A stretch of DNA of 64,000 bases, from NCBI RefSeq assembly GCF_001194135.2, contig NC_068981.1, positions 40,061,707 through 40,125,706 on the forward strand. The letters are read 5' to 3'. The position numbers and the translations under genes are program-made. This DNA is from Octopus bimaculoides (lineage: Eukaryota). Below the pieces are notes generated by a model that did no database searches, was not told where the DNA came from, and worked only from the letters and a program-made list of their open reading frames with translations. Positions 1-12,305 of the stretch are shown piece by piece; the stretch's first letter is position 1; every line of letters starts with the position of its first letter.

Positions 1-65
1 CAGACATGCATATGTCCTTCAATCCCTCCTGTACTACACTAATTTCTTGGCTTTCCTCATATCTG

Positions 66-845
66 TCCCTCGAAACTATTGATAATCATCTCTTTCAGTT
101 AGAAATTATTTAATCTTAAAGACTGAAATGCCCAGTCATCAAATAATATACAGCTTTGATGGTATGGAAGCATGTAAATATTTGATTACAGCCATCAAGT
201 GTAAATCTGCGTGCCTACCTCATTTCTTGCTTCACCTGGTAGTGCTGAATGCATTTCTCCTCCGTATTTTCATTTCTACTCCAATCAACTTTTAATTCAT
301 CTTCGATTGATATTTGAACCGCTTCTTTGGTCCTCCAGCCAGGCGCTAGCCATAATGTAGCTGAGCGCACAGGATTGTGCAGATGATACTCGAACCAGAC
401 ATGCACATTACATGTTTGAACTATCTCAGTTGATGTCAATATTACGTAAATTCAATTGTTGCCGACATTGAACCGATGAAGACTTTGTATGCATAATCCC
501 ATCTTAGCAGGAGTAATCCCATCTTGGCATCTTCCAGAGTCTTACTGTATCCGCTAGATGTAGTTCATGTCTCACACCCACACAGCACAATGGAAATACA
601 GATTGACATTGACGAGGTTCTTGGTATAGGTACTGAGATGATTATATGGAGGAGAAATGCATTCAGCACTACCAGGAGAAGCAAGAAATGAGGTAGGTAC
701 GCAGATTTACACTTGATGGCTGTAACCAAATGTTTACATGCTTCCATACCAGCAAAGCTGTATATTATTTGATGACTGGGCATTTCAATCTTTAAGATTA
801 AATCATTTCTAACTGAAAGAGAGGATTATCAATAGTTTCGAGGGA
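66..845. repeat. Long inverted repeat: 198-bp arms (66-263 and 648-845) around a 384-bp spacer
   Basis: The reverse complement of 66-263 aligns ungapped to 648-845 with about 8 mismatches by manual count. Confidence 0.9.
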
Positions 846-1138
846 TAATAGTATCATTGTATCTAAGTTCTTTGGGGGAGTGTACTGTGACTCTGATATG
901 ATGTTTACTAGTATTGAGAAAATTAGCCCAATTTTTAGTAAAACTTTGACCAAGACATTCTCAGCAATGATCATAGGTCTTTGCAGGGCCTCTCAGACGA
1001 GCAAAAGAGAGTGAGAGGCATCTTTAGGTCATGGATCTGACTTGAATGCATGCAAGAGAGGACTCCATAAAAAGTACTTAAGGTGCCTGATGGTGGCGAT
1101 AAGCAAGGCAACAGATTAAGTTTAATGCCAATATTATA

Positions 1139-1350
1139 AGGCGGTGAGCTAGCAGAAACGTTAGCTCGCCGGGCGAAATGCTTAGCGGTATGTTGTCTGT
1201 CTTTACGTTCTGAGTTCAAGTTTAGCCGAGGTCGACTTTGCCTTTCATCCTTTCGGAGTCGATAAATTAAGTACCAGTTGCATACTGAGGTCGATCTAAT
1301 CGACTGGCCCCCTCCCACAAAATTTCGGGCCTTGTGCCTAGAGTAGAAAA
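1139..1350 (+). mobile_element. tRNA-derived SINE, family A
   Basis: GGCGGTGAGCTAGCAGAAACGTTAGCTCGCCGGGCGAAATGCTTAG...GAGGTCGACTTTGCCTTTCATCC...GGCCTTGTGCCTAGAGTAGAAAA; more than 12 related copies in the window. Confidence 0.85.
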
Positions 1351-1431
1351 TAATATTATAAGGATACAAAGAGCCAAGGTATTCCGTTGGTGATCTTCTG
1401 ACAGCCCACCACCCTTGACTAGCAAATGATC

Positions 1432-1651
1432 TACGAGGGATGCTGAAAAGTTTATGGCTTTAAGTTTATGGCGAAAGGCGTGGTTGGAGACCCAAACTTC
1501 CGAGTTCTTTTACAGGGCTTAGAAAAACTGAAGGGCTGCAGCAACAAGTGTGTGAATCTGAGAGGGGAACATGTTGAATAAAATCATAATTAACTGATCC
1601 TCCTATATTTTCTGTTACTCAAAGCCAAGAACTTTTCAGCGCTTCCTCGTA
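1432..1651 (+). mobile_element. Mariner-derived MITE (220 bp)
   Basis: TA-flanked TIRs TACGAGGGATGCTGAAAAGTT / AACTTTTCAGCGCTTCCTCGTA; the interior encodes a mariner-like C-terminus, QGLEKLKGCSNKCVNLRGEHVE*. Confidence 0.8.
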
Positions 1652-2651
1652 TCGACCCCAGAGGGATAAAAGGTAACGTTGATTCAGAATCCTAAATACC
1701 AGCCTTTTGCCAATAAACTTACCTTATTACATATAAGTTGTATAAATTACAATATGCATTGATAATATACTGTAAACGAAACTTTGGACAAAAATATTTT
1801 CAACAATCATTGCTCTGACGTGCTGTGAGAAGGCAGTATTGAAATACATGCAAGTTTTATACTTGACTTCGCCCTATTATTAGGCAATTCAACGATGGAT
1901 GCCTAACATGACTGACTTCAGGAATGGAGTGTATTTCCGTGCTGTAGCTATCATAGGATTAGATCCCAGCACTCAAAGTTGTCAAATAACCAAGCTCTAC
2001 TTTATATGGTACCTATATACAACTAGCAAAGAAGGATGATGGGTTAAATGTCAGACCATAAAAATAATTATCGTAATCAAACCTCATTTAATTATTACAT
2101 GAAACCTTGTGAAGAGAAGAATTATTACATGAAACTTTGAAGAGAAGAAATCGAATAAGTGGTATTCTTTCTTTTTGATGGCTCCAAAGACGGCGGGTTG
2201 TTAATGGAAGCAGAACTCTTATAAAGCCAGTTTAACTGAACGCAACGCCCCATACTCCGACACTTGCTACGGAAAAGCCATAGGAATTTTGTAAACATTT
2301 TCTCTTAGAGGCATATTTATGGACATTTATAGATTTACAAAGGAAAACTTAATTTACGACAAAAAAAATGATTCGATTCTATTTAATATTACTACCAAAG
2401 AAACGTTATTAAATGACTTTAAAATGGTTGTGCTTAAAATTACAATTTCCAGTGAAACCTTACATAATGTAATCAAATTTTGTATTGCACACAAATTAAA
2501 TTCAAGAAATTGCCATTCATTTTATTATTTCAAGTACTTAGCTTTGATCAATGTAGCATCAATTTGTCTCACGCTGCTATGGATCTGTACCCATAAGGTA
2601 TTTGAAGGTATTAACTTCTGGTGTTATCCTAAGGGTGTTTTAACTTGTGTG

Positions 2652-2652
2652 C

Positions 2653-2742
<90 letters not shown>

Positions 2743-2750
2743 GCTGCTGT
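2652..2750. repeat. Compound (TTA)n-(TTG)n microsatellite
   Basis: Directly visible; source of the poly-I/Y/L/V/C ORFs at 2319-3000. Confidence 0.97.
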
Positions 2751-2775
2751 TTTTCATGTTGTTGCTGTCTTGTTC

Positions 2776-2990
2776 AGGCGGCGAGCTGGCAGAATCGTTA
2801 TCACGCCGGGCGAAATGCTTAGTGACATTTCGTTTGCCGTTACGTTCTGAGTACAAATTCCGCCGAGGTCGACTTTGCCTTTCATCCTTTCGGGATCGAT
2901 TAAATAAGTACCAGTTATGCACAGGCGTCAATGTAATTGACTTAATCCCTTCCCCCAAATTTGAGGCCTTGCGCTTCCAGTAGAAAAAAA
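2776..2990 (+). mobile_element. SINE family A
   Basis: Full-length match to the 1139-1350 copy, directly after the (TTA)/(TTG) array. Confidence 0.85.
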
Positions 2991-3027
2991 TTATTATCAT
3001 TCTTACTGTTGTTATTATTGTTGTTAT

Positions 3028-3240
3028 GGCGACGAGCTGATAGAAACGTTACTGCACCGGACAAAATGCTTAGTTGCATTTCTTCCGTCTTTATAATCTG
3101 AGTTAAAACTCCCGAAGTCGACTTTACCCTTCATCCTTCCGGGGTCGATTGCATCAACCCCAGTTAAGCAACTGGAGTTGATGTAATCGACTAGGCCCCT
3201 ATCCCAAAATTTCAGTCCTTGTGCTTAAAATTGAAAGAAT
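3028..3240 (+). mobile_element. SINE family A (tandem, more diverged)
   Basis: Second copy about 40 bp after the previous one, separated and followed by TTA/TTG repeats. Confidence 0.8.
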
Positions 3241-4924
3241 CATTGCTGCTGTTGTTATTTATGTTGTTGTTGTTGTTGTTGTTATTGATGTTGTTGCTAT
3301 TATTGTTTTTGTTGTATTCCTGTTGTTGCTGTTGTTATTTATGCTGTTGTTGTTGTTATTGATGGTGGTGGTGGTGGTGGTGGTATATCGGCAGGATGCC
3401 CTTTCAGATTGCTCGTTCCATTTGCTGTAAGTTCTATGGCGATGGTGCAATGGCGGCATGTACAGATCTAACCAGTTGGAAATCACACAGTAAGTTACAA
3501 ATTTTGTTCGTCACCTATGCTTTAAACTATGCAGATCTGCAACGGAACAGAATAGCCATCTGAGTGGTTGGTCATGGATGGAAAGTCAGAAATCCCATTG
3601 ACAACGAGGAAACACAAGGAGGCGGCAGTCATCTATGTAGATGGAACAGTCATCATGTATGTATCTATGAATGTTTGTATTTGTGTATGTGTATGTATGC
3701 TAGTGTGCATTTATGTATGATTGTACGCATTACAGACACACAGATGTGTGTGTGTGTGTGTGTGTGGACTTCGTGTACTTTAAAATAAATTTAACTGTCG
3801 ACAATTTCAGTTATTATGTATGCCGAAATAGAACCTACCTGGAACAGAGCAGCAGAAGTAGAAAGAGAAGCAGCAGTAACAACAACAAATTCGCCGAAAT
3901 GTAAAATGAAGAAGCGGGGAATCATTTCCTTAGCTCCGAAGTAATGACTTCGACCACTCCTATCGGCAACAAGAAACCAACATGATTAGTACTTAATATT
4001 TACCTTTGATTCTATATTAGGCAGAATGTATGTACGTGTGTATGTAATGAATATATTGTAGTGGATCACGATAGTTAGAAGTGAGGGCTGTTTATTGATA
4101 ATTATTGGTTAATATGAGGATTTTAACAGGTCTTTGACATACAAAGCAATTATTTTCTTCTTTGTGACTGAATTACACACACACATAAATAGAGAGGGAA
4201 GAAAAGAGAGAGGGTGAGAGAAAGAGAGGCTGAGATGAAACGACCATAAATTACATGGTCTTACATCCCACCAAGGTTTACAAACTATTCTTTAAATCTG
4301 CAATAAGGTATTTATTGAACTTCAGATACAGTTTGATAACCTCTGCAGCATTCGCAATCTCTATTCTCGTATGTTATACTCAATTACTGGCGTTAAATCA
4401 AGCTAAGGGAAATAACTGAAGCAAAACAATGGCATGAGATTTTACAGAAATTTATCGATAATACTTTGAATAACTTGGCCCTCCAAATAAATAATTATTA
4501 AATAAATAATTCAATTAATTAAAATTTCCATTTTAGTGGGAGAAAGCAAACAAAAACCTATCGATAATATTTACCGACTTTCAAAGGAGAAGGGAGATAA
4601 TTTCAATAACTGAAAATTGATTTAATAAAAATAATCAAGCTTAGGGAAAATCTTTTCTTTGTTTGCAAGCAACACAAAATACTCTATTTAAGCTGGATTT
4701 GATCATAGACCAAAAGGTTTTTCTTTTTTTTTTTTATCCAGTGAAACAAAGATATAAATAATTTGGCCAATAATAATTTTCAATTAATTGACAATTTTTT
4801 TTATAGGTACTTCATTCAGTCAACCATTCCTTAATGGATATGGTTTCAATCGCTTGCTTTACGACTTTTGCTTTTATATGTCAGACTTGTTTGGAGATAT
4901 CTTGGAAGATATCTACTGCAACTG

Positions 4925-5330
4925 ACAGTATAAGGGGAGAATTCCTAGTTCTGTGAGTCGAGATGCGGTGACACTGCCGGGAAAAGATTTCAAGCATGGA
5001 GTGGGGAGTCACATAGATAATTTTAGGCCCATAACTCCGCTAAACACAGATTTGAATATTTTGGTTATGTGTCAGCAAAGGGATTGATGCTTGTTGTCGA
5101 TGGTCATATTGGGGATGTACAAACATGCGTCATCCCAGGCAAGTCTATCCACACCACCTCATGCGATACTTCATAGAGAGGATAGTTAAAGAACCTGCCC
5201 TGAATGGGACTCAGATCGATTTAGATCTACCAAAAACGTTAGGTCGGTCGGGTCGACCACCAATGCCTGGTGGCTGTTCTCACGGCAGCCGGTTAGACTG
5301 GTGCAGTGAACAGCAACATCTGCTCGGTAG
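4925..5330 (+). mobile_element. L1/Tx1-clade LINE reverse-transcriptase fragment, degenerate
   Basis: Translation gives NFRPITPLNTDLNIL and RVDHQCLVAVLTAAG, resembling RT motifs 1-3; stops and frameshifts are present. Confidence 0.65.
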
Positions 5331-6455
5331 TTCGGTATGCAAATCACTACTGTCTCTTTATCCTTCATCGATTGATCAAATCAGATTTGGGCTGGATTCT
5401 GTTAATGAAATTGAATATGTCCTACACCTAACTGTTTAGCTATCTTAATACCTACTAACAAAGATTAGATTTTTTCTGCTGACTATGCGAATTAATGATG
5501 TGTAATTCTATTTTTCCTTCTTTCTTTAATTATTTAAAAAAATTATTGTCCGTTTACTGTGGAGAAGTCTCAAACTTCAATAATTAGAAATTTTTTTTTA
5601 TCATTCACTACATTGCGTTCATTAAGCAGGAATAACATACTAGAATGACGAGCAAAAAGGGAATCTTTTTAACATTAACCGAATAGTTTAAATTTAACAT
5701 TGAGTGTGAGAAGGAGAGTAATAATAAAGCTCATCACAAAACCCACCTCCATTATTACTATCATCCCTCAACATGCCTTTTAATATGTGCAGTAACCATC
5801 GTCATACTTAGAATGTTGATTTTATTCTAGCCAGCGGAACAGATGTAAGGGACACAACTCTTTACGAATTTTATCGAACGTATTTTTGTACTGTTGATGC
5901 GTCCAAACTTGAATATTTATACTTAGAAAACGAAAATTAAAAAAATTTAAAAAACTATTATTTACAACAGCTTAATGTATCAATTATTTATTACCAATTG
6001 TTAATTATCTGTTTAATTGTATTCTATGAAACGATAATGAAAATGAAGCAACAGTTGTAAAAACAAAACGCTGTTCTAGAGAATGTTGTGGAGCTTTGAG
6101 TAATACGACATATGATAAAAGTTTTCCAGCCATGAACATCCCATTGTTTTCAACATACAGTGCATATCAAACTAAAGCAGTTCATTGATAAAGTCATTAG
6201 AAGGTATGATAGAATGCATTGCGATATTTTTTCTGCCTCTATGCACTCTGAATTCAAATTTTGCCGAGGTCTACTTTTCCTATCGGGGTCGATAAAAATT
6301 TACAAATCCAATGCTAGAGCAGCTCACTGCCCTCCAACCATAGCTTTCCTCTCTCTTAGATCTTCCACTGGATCAAGGATGCTCGTAGCTACATATGCAC
6401 CTAAAGCAATAGAAAAAGAAAGGCGCTTGTTGCTAAGTCATACACGCTTGCAGGT

Positions 6456-6561
6456 GGCGGCTGTAATGAGTAATTAATCAGGCGGCTGTAATGAGTAATT
6501 AATCAGGCGGCTGTAATGAGTAATTAATCAGGCGGCTGTAATGAGTAATTAATCAGGCGGC
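6456..6561. repeat. Perfect 25-bp minisatellite, 4 copies plus a partial
   Basis: GGCGGCTGTAATGAGTAATTAATCA at 6456, 6481, 6506 and 6531, then GGCGGC. Confidence 0.97.
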
Positions 6562-8747
6562 AGAATTTATTTTACGGCAGCAATGTTCTTTGACAGCACA
6601 TCTTACTCTATGGTATGCTCTAAGTTGAGCAACTGAAAGATCCTTCTTGTGGTCATTTCAGCCTGCAATAACAGATAAGGCAGACATTCGGCGTAGTGCA
6701 GGAGTCTCAACAGACAAGCTACCATCGCGTGTCACACAGGGGCTTCCTAGGGGTCTTGTATTTCTTCCATAAAATTTTCAAATTCAATGATTTGAGGAGT
6801 ACTGAACAGTTGATAATTTCTAGTTAGTCTTTTGTACAATGATTTGTTTAATTTTCGCTTATTATTGCCAATTATTGATATAGAGGGATTGGATTGAATT
6901 AGATTGCCTATGTTCAGTTCACTGAAGGACGAAGGCCTCAGCATGTTGTTTCCATCAATCACAGTCTGATGTAGAGGACGTGAATTTGACCGTGAGATCA
7001 TATTGGTTTGACGAGCCTACTCTACCACACTGGCTCGGCATGACTGGGCAAGGGGTGCATTCTTTTTACTCTTACCGGGAGTAGTTAAGTCGATTACATC
7101 GATCCCATGGAGGGACACACAGGTATATTCTGTATATATACAAGATATGGTATAATATTTTTGTGGATCATAGGTAAATGTATGGAGAAAAAGAAAAGAA
7201 AAATAACCAGACATTTTAGAACAATATGTTGAGCCTTTACTAATCACATAACCGTGATAATTGTATCAAACCCTCGAGCTGTTCATTCCAGCATTCTGAG
7301 GACTCCGATTCTCAATTCCACCGAGGTCAACTGCTTCTCAGCTGTCCGTGATTAACGATTAAAGTAACAGTCATGCACTGTGATTGAGTCTCCACTCTTT
7401 CTCTCTCCAGATGGAGTCGGTTGTTTTCAGGCCTACAGAAGAGTGAGCCTTGCTAAGTTAAAAATGCTCACATGTCGTATGCCACGTGGGTCCTAACTAC
7501 CCACATTCTCTACCATCACGTCTTTCAAGAAATTGTCTTGTATATGAGATGAAGAACAATTCCTGAGTCTCAGGAAGGCATGCGCCGCAACAAGATGGTT
7601 TGGCTGTAAGTCGATAACCGATCCTACACACACACTCACTCTCAAGCACACACTCACTCTCAAACACACACACTCACTCGTATGATTTTGAACTGCTCAG
7701 CATGCGCACTATGTTTTCACGTCCTAGTTTACTTCCGCTACTTATAGCAGTGATTGAAAGGAAGGTGTGTAGCGTGTGATCGTCGCATTGACCATGACAG
7801 AGAAAGTTGTCATGGCGATACCTGCTCAGAAGCCTACGCAAAGTTGCAGAAAGTTTAAAGAGATGGTGTATGAGCCGCACACAAATGTACGAGTAGTTAA
7901 GACGTTTCCAAGATGGCCAAAAATTGTCGATATTGACAAACGTTCTGAGAGACTCGCAACCAGCAGAACTGAGAAAAACATCGCAGATATGCGTGCAGCT
8001 GTGAGGGAAAATCATCCAATCACCATCTTCAATTCTCACCACCCATACAGTGTAAAGAGAGGGATTACTCAGTGCCTAAAATATCGAGCAAAGAATATAA
8101 GCAGCGATCGTGATACCCACCACGAAGAAATGATCAAGCTCAGTAACAATCTATTAAGCAACAACTACCCCAAAAACATACTATCTACTTCAATTATGAA
8201 GAAAAGAGTGGATGAAACCAATAAACTGTCTATAGTCTGTCTACCCTATATGAAAGGCCTCTCTGAAAAGATACAAAATATATGCGGCCCATATGACATC
8301 AAGACTGTACTCAGGAGTAATACAACACTTCGCCAATATCTCCTTGGGGTAAAACCACTAATAGAAGAGAATATGACCAAAAACTGCGTGTACTCCATCC
8401 CATACAGCTGTGGTAGGTTATTCAAAGGCGAAACATGTCACCCCCTCAAAATAAGGGTAGAGGAACATCGCAAAGCTGTGACACGACGAGATATTGATAA
8501 ATCGGGTATAGCTGATAATATATGGAAAAATGGAGACCACCTCCCCCTGTGGGATGAAGTTAAAATAATAGACAGAGAACGCCAATGAAAAATACGAAAA
8601 CTAAAAGAAGTAGCACATATACTAGGACACAACAACCTCCTAAGCAGACCGAGTGCAGATATAAATAGCATATGGGAACCGGTATTAAGGAAGGATGGGA
8701 AAATATTAGATTTATAAGCCTTAAAAATTCACTCCATACTTGCCCAC

Positions 8748-8820
8748 GGGCATATGGCGTAATGGTTAAGAGTCCAGGCTACCAACCCCAAGATTCCGAG
8801 TTCGATTCCAGGCAGTGATC
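8748..8820 (+). other. tRNA-like Pol III promoter module in the Penelope tail
   Basis: A box TGGCGTAATGG (8755-8765) and B box GAGTTCGATTCC (8798-8809). Confidence 0.7.
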
Positions 8821-8900
8821 TGAGTAATAATAATAATAATAATAATAACAACAGCAAAAAATACCGTAGGAATGAGAAACCAGGTTCGAAATTTCCCCAA

Positions 8901-8947
8901 AACACCTGATGAAGGCTGAAGGGTATATCAGCCGAAAAGTTTGTGTT
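8901..8947 (+). ncRNA. Minimal type I hammerhead ribozyme motif, degenerate
   Basis: AACAC-CTGATGA-A-GGCTGA(AGGGTATA)TCAGCC-GAAA-AGTTT-GTGTT: stems I and II and the core boxes are present, but the stem III/cleavage region is mutated. Confidence 0.65.
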
Positions 8948-11900
8948 AACAACAAACAATATGAGGACAAATATCCGTCAAATGTAAATAATGTACACCT
9001 TCCATGAGTTATCAAAGTACGTGCAAGTTAGTTACGGTTCAGTTCAGTCCATTTTCACTGAAGATTTGAGTACGGGACGCGCGTCAACCAAGTTTATGTC
9101 AAAGCTGCTTTCAGCTGATCAAAAAGGCACTCGGGTTTCAGTTGCATAGGATCTCTTTGATTTTGTCGAGAACGATGAAAACTTTGCGTAGGCCTCTGAG
9201 AAGGTATCGCCAATCTTTTGGCAAAATTTGATGCAGATTCTCTGTTCAACTTTCTGTCGTGGTCAATGCGACGATCACACGCTACATACCTTCCTTCCAC
9301 GCACTGCTGTGATCAGCAGAAGTGAGTTAGAACGTTAAAACTTAGTGCGCATCCACGGCAAAGTTTAAGGTCAATTTGTGCCAAACGGCTTCAGTCTGCG
9401 TGCTTTAACTTTGTTACGATAGTGACAGTCCATATACTTAATGACCAGACCACATATTCAGTTACGTTTGTGCCCGAGCCAACGATACAATTGTTAGAGA
9501 ATCATTCAACTTGTTAGAAATAGCATCCAAATTTCGCCCGATTCACACTTTACCAACTTGAGAAGGTCACTCTAATAATATGAATTTGAGTTCTACAAAG
9601 GTGAAAAGAAAAGGGACGTGAAGGGAAAGGCTGATATACTTTTCGTCATCGGCTTGCTCGATAAACACACACACACAACTCTATTTAAAGAGTGAGAAAG
9701 AGAGAGAATTATAGGTGTCACTAGTAAGCAAGTATAAGCTGTAACTATACATACGTTGGTGTTTACGTTACAGTATCATCTGTATATTGCACTTGAATTT
9801 TTTTAATGTAGTCCTCGGTTCTGCTGGAAAGAGTTCCAAGTTGATAAGTTGATATCTGATTAACATAAAATGTCAATTGTCAGAAATCTAAACAAAATGA
9901 CAGATCGTGAAATATTTACATTCAGAACGTCCTCAAGTTATTGAATGCTGGAATATAAGCGCGAAGAAAGTTAACCACAAAATCTATTGTTGTTGTTACT
10001 CTATAGAGTAAAAATATAATTTCCAAATGCTTCCTTCGTAACGTGAGATCTGGATATAAAATCTTGCAGGATTTGCAGAGTTATACGAAGCTAAATATGG
10101 TTGTGATAAATGATTGCCGTAGAAAAACAATGTACTGCGTCATCAAATTTAGTTGTTCGGACATCTGAACTATCTCCCCTGTCATTAAATTAGCGTGTAA
10201 GTGGTTGAATATTCCACAGACACATGTGTCCTTAATGTAATCCTCAAGGAGAATTACATTCATACCAAGTAAGAAGACTGGATTTCCTCACAGTCTTGAG
10301 TCAGTTTGTTTCACAAGACTTGGACCGAACTTAGATTATGGGAAAAAAAAGATACCATTATGTGTCGAAGTGGATTGAATAAGAGACTTTGAGATTACAA
10401 AGTGAGAAGTAAATTGGCTACGATCATTATTAAATCAAATAGTCTTATACGCATAGTTATAAGTGTTATTCTCGTAGTTCAGGACAATAAAAATGGTCCG
10501 GACGATATAAAAGCTTCGGCTCATGGTACTGGCATTGAGCTTAGTTTTATAGTCAAAGGATTATTATATCATCCATATTTTCAACTAAAGGCAAATGATG
10601 TTTATCTGTAAGTGATTTAATATTCTAATTTATATAGGTATATAATCCTTCAAAATGAAAACTTTATCTTGTGTAGTAGGATCGAAGACATTAAGATGAG
10701 TAGTCTTAATTATTGACCACCAGATTTCTTTCAGAGTTATACATTTTTCATACTAATTAGATATTTACCGATCTTAATTTACGTTGTACAGTATCTCATT
10801 ATCATTTGTACACGTAACATCCAAAATTAAACACCTTACTCTTATTGAATTTGCAGATAATTTCTTTATCTCTACATTGTACTATTTTCAGCCAGCAAAA
10901 TATATTAATTGTGAAGGTTTGATAATCATGCGCATGTATTTTTCTTCATTTCACATATATTCCATTGTCATAAATGCCATGTAACTATATTATCTTCTTC
11001 AGTATATTCTTCTTGTAAATGAATCTTTGAGTACGTAATTTTATCAAGTGAAGCTCATGAGATCGAATACTTTCTTAGCAGTAGGGACAAAAGAATTTGA
11101 TATTTCAGAAAGAAAAATAGCAGGGTATAAAATTTCATGAGGCTCACCATATAACTTTTACAATGCAGACATCAGAAATTCCTCAAATCGTTTTTACTTG
11201 TACTACTTTATCTGTATAAATACAGGTGAAGTTAATGGACTTGTTTACAAAAATAACAGTTGAAGATTTATATCCACTTTATCTAAATGTACACAAGTGC
11301 CATTCTCGGATAAATTCATAGAGATTGGAAACGGTGCTAATTTGTAAATGATGAATGTTTCATTAGCTTTAAATGGATAAGTTTAAATATACTTGCACTT
11401 AAAAAAAAAACGACAAAACTTAGTGAAAAGACTTATGACGCCAGTTACCTCCATAGCTTGACTGAGTTCATGAGGAAACCGTTCAATTTATGTGTTTATC
11501 AAAGAATGAACTTGTTTATCTTTATTCATCATCATCATCGTCGTCATTATGATCTTCCCTGCCATCCCCTTTCTTTTTCTCTTTCCATTCGAATACCCCT
11601 TACCTTACAGACTTTTGTTCAATTTCATTTTCGTACAACCAACAGCTCATCGTCAATAAATTTATATTTATGTAATCTATTAATAATTTCAAACATATCC
11701 AGACATTCTGTTATCTGAAATCGTGTCAGAGCGTTTCAATACTTAATCGGAATCCAACATTACTAAACAGAATTTTTTTTTATTTATATCAACCTTTTGT
11801 TTATTTTAAACTCATTTTTTCCTTCTCTTCAGCAAACCTTCCTTATATTCCAAACATTATATTCCTCCAATGTAATCCTATTTTCACGGAATGATGTGAG

Positions 11901-12249
11901 ATTTCTGTTAAGAAAAGACAACTAGTTTACAAAGGTCTACTTCATGTAATTTAACGCTAATTCATGTTTCTGAGATTAAATTCTCCTGATTGTGCTTTCT
12001 ACACTACGACATAAGTGTTACATCAGAGTTTGTTGATGATATCTCTACTTCTTTAGAAATCAACGACTTTGGTGGAAGATATTATTTCTGTCAATTCAGA
12101 TCATTTGTCTTAAGATGGATTTTTCTCTTATATTTCTCTTTTTCCTTTTATTAACCTACGAACTAATGCTACAATCATACAATGTATGACACAGTATCCA
12201 GTATTATTTTCGACCAAATGAGAATGTAATTCATGAGGAACGCGAGATC

Positions 12250-12305
12250 TGTGAATTACAGCGGGTTGTCCTATATTATGTGAATTACAGCGGGTTGTCC
12301 TATAT
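12250..12305. repeat. Two-copy 29-bp tandem repeat
   Basis: TGTGAATTACAGCGGGTTGTCCTATAT at 12250 and 12279. Confidence 0.9.

Larger units (their letters stand above)
8028..8996 (+). mobile_element. 5'-truncated Penelope-like element (RT thumb, GIY-YIG endonuclease, 3' terminal region)
   Basis: HHPYSVKRGI...LSNNYP...VCLPYMKGLSEKI...CVYSIPYSCGRLFKGETCHPLKIRVEEHRK...KSGIADNIW...WDEVKII; premature stop at 8586-8588. Confidence 0.9.
7684..9456 (+). mobile_element. Palindromic non-autonomous mariner derivative interrupted by a Penelope-like insertion
   Basis: 7684-8027 and 9001-9188 encode a contiguous mariner N-terminus (...RTEKNIADMRAAVRENHPITI / HELSKYVQVSYGSVQSIFTEDL...KLLSADQKGTRVSVA*DLFDFVENDENF). 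9189-9456 is an inverted copy of the element's 5' end. Same architecture as 45407-46257. Confidence 0.85.

Noticed and set aside
2319-3486. ORFs with poly-I/Y/L/V/C/N/T runs, and similar HT/VC/YI-repeat ORFs throughout the window
   Set aside because: They are translations of microsatellites and SINEs, not proteins.
6300-6455. RMLVATYAP resembling the APE endonuclease motif RLVAVYAP
   Set aside because: A single short motif with no supporting neighbours; too weak to call.
6456-6561. CRISPR-like appearance of the 25-bp repeats
   Set aside because: The units are contiguous with no spacers, there are no cas genes, and the context is eukaryotic.
8748-8820. Possible tRNA gene
   Set aside because: A/B boxes are present but I could not fold a proper acceptor stem, and it is embedded in a retroelement tail.
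11820-11915. Exon-like segments on both strands (minus: NLTSFRENRITLEEYNVWNIRK)
   Set aside because: Short, ambiguous in strand, and no recognisable domain; expected by chance in AT-rich DNA.
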